Of a DNA stretch of 64,000 nucleotides, positions 9,851 to 17,984 are shown piece after piece. A program made the position numbers and the translations under genes. Under the pieces are notes generated by a model. That model saw only the letters and a program-made list of their open reading frames with translations, had not been told where the DNA came from and searched no databases. The DNA comes from an uncultured Planctomycetota bacterium (GTDB taxonomy: Bacteria > Planctomycetota > Phycisphaerae > Sedimentisphaerales > UBA12454): NCBI GenBank assembly GCA_903847315.1, contig CAINDG010000041.1, positions 30,285 through 94,284 on the forward strand, given 5' to 3'. Within the stretch, counting starts at the first letter, position 1; the number at the start of each line of letters is the position of its first letter.

Positions 9851-10109
9851 TTTCCGGCACTCCTTTCTGCGGTTCCAGGGTATATTCCTGTCCTATATAC
9901 TACGAAAATCTCGGGGGTTCTGTTTCGCGATATCTTTTATTTAAAAGATCATTATCCAACTGTTGTAACCCTCCGAGAAGCCGTCCTTTGTATGTTTTCG
10001 GCGATTAATGCCGGTTAATTAACGTTAAAGATTGAAAATAGAGGATTTAAAATGTAAATATTTGCAAGTGCTTTATTTTAAAGGAGTTATGCTTCTAAGC
10101 GGGTGGTAA

Positions 10110-11012
10110 TCAGCTTTCGTATTTTTGCCACAAATGCTGCCTGACGGCCAGCCAATAGCCCCAAACAGCCCCCAGACAGGCAAACGCCACCATTTGAACC
10201 GGCAGTACCGCGGCGATGGAATTAGCGAAAAAAACGGCCGGCCAGGTATTGACGAGATGTTCAATGATAGGTTTCTTGATATACATTGTTATGGAATAAT
10301 AACTTAATAGCGCCGAAGTTGCCGCCGGCCATAAAAAATTTACGCCGATAAAATACTTCATAATAAATCCGCAAATCATAAAGCTAATCAGAACAGCAAA
10401 GGCAATCTGTAAATTAGCGGGCTGACCTACAACTCGGCCAAGTTTGGCGTCAGGATAACTTATGTCGCCTGCAATAAGATTTATGAGAAGGCCTCCGACA
10501 AAAATAGTTGCGATAACCGCGATTGGAATCGCCGCGAAATCAGGCAGCTTAAAAACGGCGCCAATATTATCCATCAGATTCGCCGGTTCTCTTTTGAAAA
10601 TTTTATCTGCCGCGATTGCGCCGAAACAGCAGCAGCCGACAATCGCCATCCACACAAATGCCTCCAGCCGGAGCGATGAATATACCGCTAATCTATCCTG
10701 TGCGGCCGGAGCAGCTTGAAAGACGGTTGACAATGCTGCGCTTCGCAATGCCCAGACAGCCATGCCTGCCGGGGCGGCAAGTATTCCGATTTGCATTCCG
10801 AAAGGTGTGCAAACTGCCGAGGCCAGAAAGCCGGCTGCAAATGAAAGGCCGGCGCAAATTAATAAATCGCCGATGCTGATAGTGCCGGACAAAATGGCGA
10901 AGATGCCGCCGGCGGGGGGACTGATAAGATGCCACGGCAAAAGACCAAGCAGCACAACGCCGATGGCAAATGCCGCTGCGATTCTAAATTTCATCGTCCA
11001 CGAAAGTTCCAT
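10110..11012 (-). CDS. Polytopic inner-membrane protein, function unknown
   Basis: 300-aa ORF with about 8 hydrophobic segments. I recognise no family motif. Confidence 0.55.
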   Translation of the reverse strand: MELSWTMKFRIAAAFAIGVVLLGLLPWHLISPPAGGIFAILSGTISIGDLLICAGLSFAAGFLASAVCTPFGMQIGILAAPAGMAVWALRSAALSTVFQAAPAAQDRLAVYSSLRLEAFVWMAIVGCCCFGAIAADKIFKREPANLMDNIGAVFKLPDFAAIPIAVIATIFVGGLLINLIAGDISYPDAKLGRVVGQPANLQIAFAVLISFMICGFIMKYFIGVNFLWPAATSALLSYYSITMYIKKPIIEHLVNTWPAVFFANSIAAVLPVQMVAFACLGAVWGYWLAVRQHLWQKYES

Positions 11013-11202
11013 ATACCCTTATTTTAGCCGCAAAGCTTCAAAGACACAAAGGGAATTTTCAACTTTTAACATCGAACTTCCAATAACCAATAAATGTAAC
11101 GGTTATCAGTATATTGCTATTAGAATAAAAGGCGGATACCATATTCGGATTGTAAGTAAAAAATATTAGCCAAAACATTTTTTTTATTTGGAGAAATGGA
11201 CA

Positions 11203-12261
11203 ATGAAAAAGCTGAAATTCAATAAAGGTATCGTGATTTTGGCTGCGGCTGTTATCCTGACAATGGCGTTTGGCTCTCTCGCCTGGGGCGCAGAAAAAAA
11301 GTCGTCATATAAGCTGATAAAGAAAATTCCCATCGGCGGTGATGGCGGATGGGATTATCTCACCGTTGACAACAGTACCAATCGTCTTTACATTTCACAC
11401 CAGAGCCATGTGGTTGTTTTTGACACCGTCGGCGAAAAGGTAATCGGCGATATTAACAATACGCCGGGCATCCACGGGATAGTACTTGCGCACGCATTTA
11501 ATAAAGGCTTCATAAGCAACGGCGGCGATAATTCAGTAACCGTTTTTGACCCGAACACATTGAAAGAGACAGGCCGAATCAAAGTTGGCGCCAAGCCGGA
11601 TGCCATTATGTTCGACCATTCGACAAATCACATTTTCGTATTTAACGGCGGGAGCAAAGATTGCAATGTTATCGATCCCAACACCAATAAAATCATCGGC
11701 TCTATATCGCTGGGAGGCAGGCCGGAATTTGCAGTCTCCGATAGAAACGGCCGGGTGTTCGTCAATATCGAGGATAAGAATGAAGTCGCCGTGATAGACG
11801 CCAGGAAAATGACCGTAACAAATAACTGGCCGCTGGCACCCGGTGAAAAGCCTACTGGACTGGCCATAGACCGCAAAAATATGCGGCTCTTTTCGACCTG
11901 CTCCAACGGCAAGATGTTAGTAGTCGATTGCAACAGCGGCAAAGTTGTCGCGACGCTGGAAATCGGCAAAGGTTCTGATGCCGCGGCGTTTGACTCAGAG
12001 GCAGGAGTTGCGTTTAGTTCCAACGGACAGGATGGTACGCTGACAATTGTCAAGGAAGAGACGCCGGAGAAGTTCAAGGTTATCCAGACCGTAGCGACTG
12101 CCCCGGGGGCAAGGACAATGGCCCTTAATTCGAAAACGCATATGATATATCTGGTGACGGCAAAACCCAAGCCACCTGCTCCGGGTCAGGAACAGGGCCG
12201 CCGCAGGAGCTATGAGCCTGGAACATTTGAATTGCTGATAGTCGGACCATCGGAAAAATAA
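11203..12261 (+). CDS. Secreted YVTN/YncE-like beta-propeller repeat protein
   Basis: The signal peptide is MKKLKFNKGIVILAAAVILTMAFGSLAWG. Repeated approximately 40-aa units fit this family (GIVLAH...NSVTVFD, PDAIMFD...DCNVID, PEFAVSD...VAVID, PTGLAID). I chose the ATG at 11203 after GGAGAA. Confidence 0.7.
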   Translation: MKKLKFNKGIVILAAAVILTMAFGSLAWGAEKKSSYKLIKKIPIGGDGGWDYLTVDNSTNRLYISHQSHVVVFDTVGEKVIGDINNTPGIHGIVLAHAFNKGFISNGGDNSVTVFDPNTLKETGRIKVGAKPDAIMFDHSTNHIFVFNGGSKDCNVIDPNTNKIIGSISLGGRPEFAVSDRNGRVFVNIEDKNEVAVIDARKMTVTNNWPLAPGEKPTGLAIDRKNMRLFSTCSNGKMLVVDCNSGKVVATLEIGKGSDAAAFDSEAGVAFSSNGQDGTLTIVKEETPEKFKVIQTVATAPGARTMALNSKTHMIYLVTAKPKPPAPGQEQGRRRSYEPGTFELLIVGPSEK

Positions 12262-12282
12262 CGACTCATACGAGTCGGGTGT

Positions 12283-12780
12283 TTAGCCCTGGAATCTGGC
12301 GATTAGGAATGCTCCGATGAAGTGGCTGGCTGCGACGACAAGAACTGCAATGATAGTATGAGTAAGAATTGCAGAATAAGGGCTTATTTTTCTCTGTCTT
12401 GATATTGCGTAGGACATAACGGTTAATATTAACAAACCCCAGATGACTGAACAGACGGCCGCAAATTTAATAGGCAGAAAGATTATCAGGGCAATAAAAG
12501 TCGATGAAACAAACAACCGGGCAAGGAAGTTAGTCAGCGTAGAAAGCCAGACCTCTTTTTTACTGAGGTTCTCTGACTCCTGATAGATATGGATGCCGAA
12601 AGAATCAGACATATTGTCGGCTAGCGCGATGACCAAAAGTGCGCCGATGATGCTTAATTTTGGATGCGTCAGCGTATCAAGGCCGACGATAATGCCAAGA
12701 TTAGTGATGATGGCCGAAGTGGCGCCGAAACTGAATCTGGTCTGAGTCGGCCTGACGGTATTTTTCGAATCGTTTTCCAT
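12283..12780 (-). CDS. VIT1/CCC1-family-like membrane protein (short form)
   Basis: 165 aa with FSFGATSAIITNLGIIVGL and ALADNMSDSFGIHIYQE motifs and 4-5 TM segments. The family assignment is from memory. Confidence 0.5.
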   Translation of the reverse strand: MENDSKNTVRPTQTRFSFGATSAIITNLGIIVGLDTLTHPKLSIIGALLVIALADNMSDSFGIHIYQESENLSKKEVWLSTLTNFLARLFVSSTFIALIIFLPIKFAAVCSVIWGLLILTVMSYAISRQRKISPYSAILTHTIIAVLVVAASHFIGAFLIARFQG

Positions 12781-12863
12781 ATCGCGTTATTCTATCGTAG
12801 AGCAAACTGTCCGTAAAGGATTAGCTTGCCCCAGGCTGGTAAATATGAAACAGCGGGCTAAAC

Positions 12864-13301
12864 TTATTTAGCAATTTTGATTTGGGCGGGATTTTCGAGA
12901 ACAATTTCCGGGCGGCCCTGATAGGCAGTTATAAAGCCGGTGATTTCCACATTCTTTCCCGTGTACTGGTCCGGATTAGGAAATTTAGAAGCGACAGACT
13001 CGAAAATTACCGCGCCAAAAGGACAGGATTTATAATCGGCGCAGAAATTTATAAATATAGTTCCTTTTTCAGATGTATAAACGTGATTGACTTTGCCCGT
13101 TACACAAACAGTTGTGCCGATGTAATCGGGAGCATCAGAAAACTTTATGCGTGTCGAAGCCGGCCGTACTGACTGGGCCGGTTGAGCGTTTTCGGAACCG
13201 GCCAAAGACTGTCTTTTCGACAGCCAGATTGCCGCGGCGATTATTAACGCCGCAGCGATAATGGTTATGGATATCTTATTTTTCTCAAGAAAAGCTTTCA
13301 T
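12864..13301 (-). CDS. Membrane-anchored OB-fold-like protein, function unknown
   Basis: 145 aa with an N-terminal TM anchor. The C-terminal region is VCVTGKVNHVYTSEKGTIFINF...GKNVEITGFITAYQGRPEIVLENPAQIKI, a pattern seen in OB-fold anchor proteins. Confidence 0.45.
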   Translation of the reverse strand: MKAFLEKNKISITIIAAALIIAAAIWLSKRQSLAGSENAQPAQSVRPASTRIKFSDAPDYIGTTVCVTGKVNHVYTSEKGTIFINFCADYKSCPFGAVIFESVASKFPNPDQYTGKNVEITGFITAYQGRPEIVLENPAQIKIAK

Positions 13302-13435
13302 ATAATATCCTTGTCTTTATATCCTGACAAATTATAGCGTTAAAAAGATGAAAAGGTAAAGGGGAAAGTGTATAATTCTATAGCTTATTGCAGCAGGAAG
13401 ACATTAAAACAGGCACAATCGGAAAGGAACCGAAA

Positions 13436-13696
13436 ATGAAAAAGATTCTAAAACGGCTTTTGCCGGTGCTGGCGGTATTGGCCGTACTGGCACTGGCTGG
13501 TTGCGATGATGACAAAGGCCCTATGCAGACAGCAGGCGAAAAGGTGGATAATGCCGCCGAGACGACCGGCCACGCCGTCAAAGGCGCCGCTAAGACGACC
13601 GGCAACGCTGTTAAAGGTGCCGCCCAGAAAACCGGCAGCGCTGTCAAAGGCGCCGCTGAAAAGACCGGCGAGGCAGTGGAAAACGTGGTCAAGTAG
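13436..13696 (+). CDS. Small lipoprotein with tandem 11-residue repeats
   Basis: I chose the start at MKKILK (RBS GGAAAGGAA). The lipobox is LAGC. Four repeats have the form TTGxAVKGAAxK. Confidence 0.65.
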   Translation: MKKILKRLLPVLAVLAVLALAGCDDDKGPMQTAGEKVDNAAETTGHAVKGAAKTTGNAVKGAAQKTGSAVKGAAEKTGEAVENVVK

Positions 13697-13780
13697 AACG
13701 ACGAACCCCGCACCTGTTTATTTTATCGTAGCGATATAGGAATAATCGAATAGCAAATTGGTACCGGACATAGCGCAAAA

Positions 13781-13807
13781 AAAGGCTCGCCTCCTGGGCG
13801 AGCCTTT
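13781..13807. terminator. Bidirectional terminator between the lipoprotein gene and csp
   Basis: AAAGGCTCGCC-TCCT-GGGCGAGCCTTT hairpin flanked by A-runs and T-runs. Confidence 0.65.
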
Positions 13808-13833
13808 CTATTTTTGCAAGTCTTGCTGATACG

Positions 13834-14127
13834 TTAGGCTTTGGTTAACTCTACATCTGTTACATCCGGGGCTATCTCTTCTAACGATGGGATTTCCACT
13901 GCGGCGACTGGGGCAACTTTTGCTGCGTACGGCGTTACGTTGTTGGCACATGGGCCTTTTTTACCCTGTCCGGTCTCGAAATTAACCTTCTGGTTTTCCT
14001 CGAGATTTGCGTAACCGACGGTCTTGACTTCCGAGTGGTGGACGAACAAATCATTGCCGCCGCCATCCGGAGTAATAAAACCATATCCCTTTTCTGAATT
14101 AAACCATTTTACTGTTCCTGTACTCAC
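13834..14127 (-). CDS. Cold-shock domain protein with a roughly 30-aa C-terminal extension
   Basis: GTG start at 14127, preceded by AAGGAGAG. The sequence (V)STGTVKWFNSEKGYGFITPDGGGNDLFVHHSEV contains the RNP1 and RNP2 motifs. The longer track ORF extending to 14313 is rejected. Confidence 0.85.
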   Translation of the reverse strand: MSTGTVKWFNSEKGYGFITPDGGGNDLFVHHSEVKTVGYANLEENQKVNFETGQGKKGPCANNVTPYAAKVAPVAAVEIPSLEEIAPDVTDVELTKA

Positions 14128-14233
14128 TTTACTCTCCTTAGCCTGTCTATAGGCCGTTAAACATAGTATCTCTCGATTTGTTTTATTGGAAGCATACACT
14201 TGAGAGATGGAAGGATACACACCAAAAAAACTT

Positions 14234-14261
14234 ATCATACAAACTGGATTTACAAAGTCAA
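14234..14261 (-). promoter_or_regulatory. Sigma70-like promoter for csp
   Basis: On the minus strand: TTGACT, 16-nt spacer, TATGAT. This gives a 5' UTR of about 100 nt, as is usual for csp genes. Confidence 0.4.
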
Positions 14262-14582
14262 CAAAAATATTAAATATCTTTAAATAACCTGTCCCTTTTT
14301 GCCAAACGCGCAATTAATTTCCTGCGCTTTTGGCTGAAATGAAAAAATTTGCATCCTTTATTGACAAGGGTTTATGAAAAAAATGCCAAAATTTTTGACG
14401 AATTTTCGCAAAAAACGCGCAAGTTTTTATGTAATACGGAGGCGCTAGTTATTGCGTCTTTCGGCTGCGGTTGTGATGCTCGTTTCGTCTAACGTCTTAC
14501 GTCTTACGTAATCCAATCGAGCCTCGCAACCGTTACCGTCCTACGTTTTTTATATTTTCTTCATTTTTCCCGGAGCCTTATT

Positions 14583-15338
14583 ATGTCATTACCAAAGCAA
14601 AAAATAGATTACCTGATGTTCAAAGTTCGAGGCCGAATTGTAAAAGTTGACCCCGATATCTATTATAAAATCTTCAGCGCCAAACACGAACCCCCTTACA
14701 GAAGATACAATGGTGATATTGTCGAAATGCGGCTTTCCGATGGCTATCCGATAATCATCCGCGGCACAAATCCGAGAAAGTACATTCAGCTTTCACGGTT
14801 TGTAATGAACGCCCCAAAAGGCCGGCTCGTTGACCATATAAATGGCGACCGGCTCGATAACCGCAGAAAAAATCTGCGAATCGTAACCGCAAGGCAAAAC
14901 GCCCTGAACAGAAAATCAAAACCCTCGACCGGTTTTTTTGGTGTTACAATTAACCGCGTCAAGGGAAGGATTTATTGCTCAGGACGATTCCAGTTAAGCA
15001 CCGGCAAAGCGCCGGCGTTTAATCTGCCCGATTGTCCTGAAAACCGAATCATCGCCGCCTTTGCCCACGATAAATTTGTTCTGCAGGCCGGAGAAGAGGA
15101 ATACGCGCCGCTGAATTTTCCCTGTTTCAAAAATGAACCGTTCAAAAGTTATCTTCTGGAACAGGATTTGAGGGCGCTGGCGACAAGGCCGCGGAAATTA
15201 CCAGAGGTTTGCGGCAGCAGGGACGTCAGCACGGTTGTGCAGATGAACAGCATTGGTCGGACAGAGCGACCGGCAGATGCCGCAGCCGTAGCAGCGGGTC
15301 TGGTCGATAACAATTTTTTTGTTGGCGGCGCTGTATGA
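14583..15338 (+). CDS. HNH endonuclease with a C-terminal AP2-type DNA-binding domain
   Basis: The HNH_3-like motif is LVDHINGDRLDNRRKNLRIVTARQNALN. The AP2-like segment is GFFGVTINRVKGRIYCSGRFQ...IIAAFAHDKFVLQAGEEEYAPLNF. The last approximately 47 codons overlap the convergent Fe-S gene and may be fortuitous read-through. Confidence 0.7.
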   Translation: MSLPKQKIDYLMFKVRGRIVKVDPDIYYKIFSAKHEPPYRRYNGDIVEMRLSDGYPIIIRGTNPRKYIQLSRFVMNAPKGRLVDHINGDRLDNRRKNLRIVTARQNALNRKSKPSTGFFGVTINRVKGRIYCSGRFQLSTGKAPAFNLPDCPENRIIAAFAHDKFVLQAGEEEYAPLNFPCFKNEPFKSYLLEQDLRALATRPRKLPEVCGSRDVSTVVQMNSIGRTERPADAAAVAAGLVDNNFFVGGAV

Positions 15339-16043
15339 TATTGCACCAAACTGGCAGAGGCGCATACATTGCCGACAGCCCGTGCACTTGTTGCTGTCAG
15401 CGTCGGCGACATACTCGCCGCGGAACATTACCGGCACACCGGCGGTTACGGTGCATCGCATTGCAAGGCAGTCGGCACGGTCGCAGTTGCATATTCCGGC
15501 GATGAACGGCGTGCCGAAAGTCCATACCGTATGGCATAGACCCTGCTTTTCATGGTCGCGGAAAGCGGTCAGGGCCTGTTCTTTTGTGAGTTTTTCCATA
15601 GCGGAGATGTCGGGTCCGCCCAGGAAACTGCTGTCGAGGCCGTCGATAATTTTGCCAAATGCCCCGCCATCTGGGTACAAAGATACGCCGTAACAGAATC
15701 GATGTTCTTTTCCGAGAATGGCGTGCCGGCACATGCAGGCGACTCGGACAATCGAGTTTACAAAATCAAAGATTCGCTCGATGTCCTCGATGGGTACTAC
15801 CTGGCCGAAATGATTTTTCTTCATTTTGCCGGTGACAAGCCGCCCGATGACGGCCTTTATGATTGCAGGGGTCTTGCTGAGAGAATCTATTTTGCGGATA
15901 CTTTTTTTGAGTTCGTCAGTTTGCGTAAAGAATTTTTTGATAAATTTGCGTCTGCGGACGTCATTGAGCAGGTCGTCAGAATAATTCGCGGCCTGAAGAT
16001 ACCATTTTTTCCCTTCGCCGTGCTTTAAGCAAAATTCACACAT
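15198..16043 (-). CDS. Cys-rich 4Fe-4S dicluster-domain protein, conserved hypothetical
   Basis: 281 aa. It has two ferredoxin-type motifs (CTGCRQCMRLC and CYGCGICRSLCP) plus N-terminal MCEFC, CMC and CNCDRADC cysteines. Confidence 0.7.
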   Translation of the reverse strand: MCEFCLKHGEGKKWYLQAANYSDDLLNDVRRRKFIKKFFTQTDELKKSIRKIDSLSKTPAIIKAVIGRLVTGKMKKNHFGQVVPIEDIERIFDFVNSIVRVACMCRHAILGKEHRFCYGVSLYPDGGAFGKIIDGLDSSFLGGPDISAMEKLTKEQALTAFRDHEKQGLCHTVWTFGTPFIAGICNCDRADCLAMRCTVTAGVPVMFRGEYVADADSNKCTGCRQCMRLCQFGAISYSAANKKIVIDQTRCYGCGICRSLCPTNAVHLHNRADVPAAANLW

Positions 16044-16104
16044 TTGACAGGTCTCCGGAATACAATTCTTCCCCCGTAATGAGGGTTATAGATAGCATTG
16101 TAGG

Positions 16105-17049
16105 TTAAAGGGTTACATAGTCATATAAATATTCATAAATTTCTCTATCAAAGAAATTTCTTTCAAAATATGTCGAATTGACGTTGGGTTTAAACCTTGC
16201 TATCTTATTCATGGCAGTGTTTTTGGCCGATAAAGACATTCCGAACGTAGTTCCCCCAATCTCCTTGTTGATGCGTGGACTCAAGTTGCCAATAAGTCGA
16301 GCTAAATTCGTTGGGTGATAACCAAATCCCAAAAAATAAATGCGTTCGGCTTCGTTTATCAATTGGTGAGCTTGATCAAACTCTTCATTTTTTTCAATAT
16401 TTTCGTGTATAATATTTATGTTCTTACTACCATTGCGAATCATTAAATCTTTTTGATCAGGATAATCATGCATATCATAGGGAATCTCTGAGTATTTAGA
16501 TTTTTCCCAAGGAAGCCGGCCAAGCTTGCCATGCACATGGACTATCGGAATCTTGTTAAGTTTTTCAGCACATTCTTCAATATTTTTTCCATAAGCAAAG
16601 CATAAAGCCGCAGAAAAATAATACTCAAGCGACCGGTCATAATTGAAAGTAATAATAGCAAGTTTATTTTGGTCGAACTCGTTGAATGAAATATTAAGTA
16701 GACTGAAAAGATGTTGATACCAATTATCTTTCATGGCTTTATCAAAAAGTTTAAGCGACTTTTCAAAATCTAACAAAGCAGCAACGATTACTTCCTTGCC
16801 TATATCGAGGAATTCTGTACGGTGTTCAAGAAACTCATCGACGGAAGAGCGCCCGGAATAAATTAAATGTTCTCTGAATTTTTGAATTAGCTCTTCATCA
16901 TAGCCATGCCTTTTTAAAAGCACACATGTTTCTGATTGAATATCAAAAAGCATATTATCAATCAGGGCAACAAGATCTTTGCCGGAGGGAAACCCAAAAG
17001 GCATGCTTGCCCCAGCTCCTAAAATTAAAACTGTTTTTTGATTTATCAT
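16105..17049 (-). CDS. Compact SIR2-like (SIR2_2 / defence-type) domain protein, putative NAD-binding or NADase effector
   Basis: 314 aa. The motifs are LILGAGASMPFGFPSGKDL, ITFNYDRSLE, VHVHGKLG and IYFLGFGYHPTN, in the order expected for SIR2_2. The gene is AT-rich. Confidence 0.75.
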   Translation of the reverse strand: MINQKTVLILGAGASMPFGFPSGKDLVALIDNMLFDIQSETCVLLKRHGYDEELIQKFREHLIYSGRSSVDEFLEHRTEFLDIGKEVIVAALLDFEKSLKLFDKAMKDNWYQHLFSLLNISFNEFDQNKLAIITFNYDRSLEYYFSAALCFAYGKNIEECAEKLNKIPIVHVHGKLGRLPWEKSKYSEIPYDMHDYPDQKDLMIRNGSKNINIIHENIEKNEEFDQAHQLINEAERIYFLGFGYHPTNLARLIGNLSPRINKEIGGTTFGMSLSAKNTAMNKIARFKPNVNSTYFERNFFDREIYEYLYDYVTL

Positions 17050-17100
17050 TTTAAGGAGGACCTTATTTCCTCATTTTTGTTATTGCGTAAATTATACAAA

Positions 17101-17427
17101 TCATCCTTCCTGTAATAATGCCGTAGATAAATCATTGAGGATATTTGCAATATTACTTTTATCTGTAAGGTGAGGATATTTGTGTTTTAATAATTCTATT
17201 ACCAGATATGGAACGGGCATGCCAAATACCTTAGCAATCGCTTCTAATGAATTCATAGAAATGGATAATTGGCCGTTTTCATAACGGCTTAATAAACTGC
17301 GGCTGATTTTAGTTTTGCTTTCAAGATCACGTAAACTAATTTTTTTCTCCTGCCTTAGACGTTTTATAACCTCTCCACTGGATTTGAGTTTAAATTTCGT
17401 TAAATCTTTCATCAATAATTTCCGCAT
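17101..17427 (-). CDS. XRE-family helix-turn-helix protein
   Basis: IKRLRQEKKISLRDLESKTKISRSLLSRYENGQLSISMNSLEAIAKVFG is a classic HTH_3 pattern. An alternative start lies at 17412. Confidence 0.75.
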   Translation of the reverse strand: MRKLLMKDLTKFKLKSSGEVIKRLRQEKKISLRDLESKTKISRSLLSRYENGQLSISMNSLEAIAKVFGMPVPYLVIELLKHKYPHLTDKSNIANILNDLSTALLQEG

Positions 17428-17623
17428 TATCAGCCAGGATTAATGCTCTGGCTATAAGATGATTAATTTCATTCCTGTCAGAATACGGGTCCTGCGATAA
17501 ATTTTCTGCTTTACTTAGTAAGCCAACGGCTTCCCTTGCTAAGCCTGTTTTATAAGTGTCAACAATTGCAGGAAGCGAATTTTTTAATTGTTCTTTAAGA
17601 TGTTTTATTGCGTCTGTGAGCAT
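17390..17623 (-). CDS. Small all-helical hypothetical protein, first gene of the cassette
   Basis: ATG at 17623 after GGAG; the track gives a TTG at 17638. The protein is 77-82 aa with no recognisable motif. Its 3' end overlaps the HTH gene by 23-38 nt. Confidence 0.45.
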   Translation of the reverse strand: MLTDAIKHLKEQLKNSLPAIVDTYKTGLAREAVGLLSKAENLSQDPYSDRNEINHLIARALILADNAEIIDERFNEI

Positions 17624-17984
17624 TGTTATGGTCTCCAAATAATATATATCCGGAGGCCATCCTACGTATCAGGCAACCTCCGGAATGGAATCGAAATCCT
17701 TCCGAAATTGCCTGATTAACGCAGGGCAAACAGCTACGAAAATCAGTGCTATTAATTTTCATTTTTTACTCTTTCAACCATTTGTTCGCCCATGCCACTT
17801 CTCTCACGACATTGCTGCTTTTTTCTCGGACCTATCTCGGTCCTGACAGCTAAAAGTTAATATAGTACTTGGTTCCGATTTTTGCAACCAAAAAATCGAT
17901 AGATTTTCCATAATTTTTTAAGTCATTGTAAATAAGCATGTTATAAAAGAAAAATTTTTGCTATTTTTAATTTTATTATGTTTA

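Noticed and set aside
13378-13713. A 111-aa minus-strand ORF with APLTALPV repeats.
   Set aside because: It is the mirror image of the lipoprotein 11-mer repeat gene. The plus-strand gene has an RBS, a signal peptide and a lipobox.
13834-14313. The 159-aa version of the cold-shock ORF given in the track.
   Set aside because: The upstream 62 codons have no Csp counterpart. A GTG with a strong Shine-Dalgarno sequence sits exactly at the canonical Csp N-terminus.
16044-17984. Calling the SIR2 cassette a mobile element or genomic island feature.
   Set aside because: I could identify no integrase, transposase, tRNA attachment site or target-site duplication. The atypical composition and the truncated flanking gene support acquisition, but they do not support a defined mobile element.
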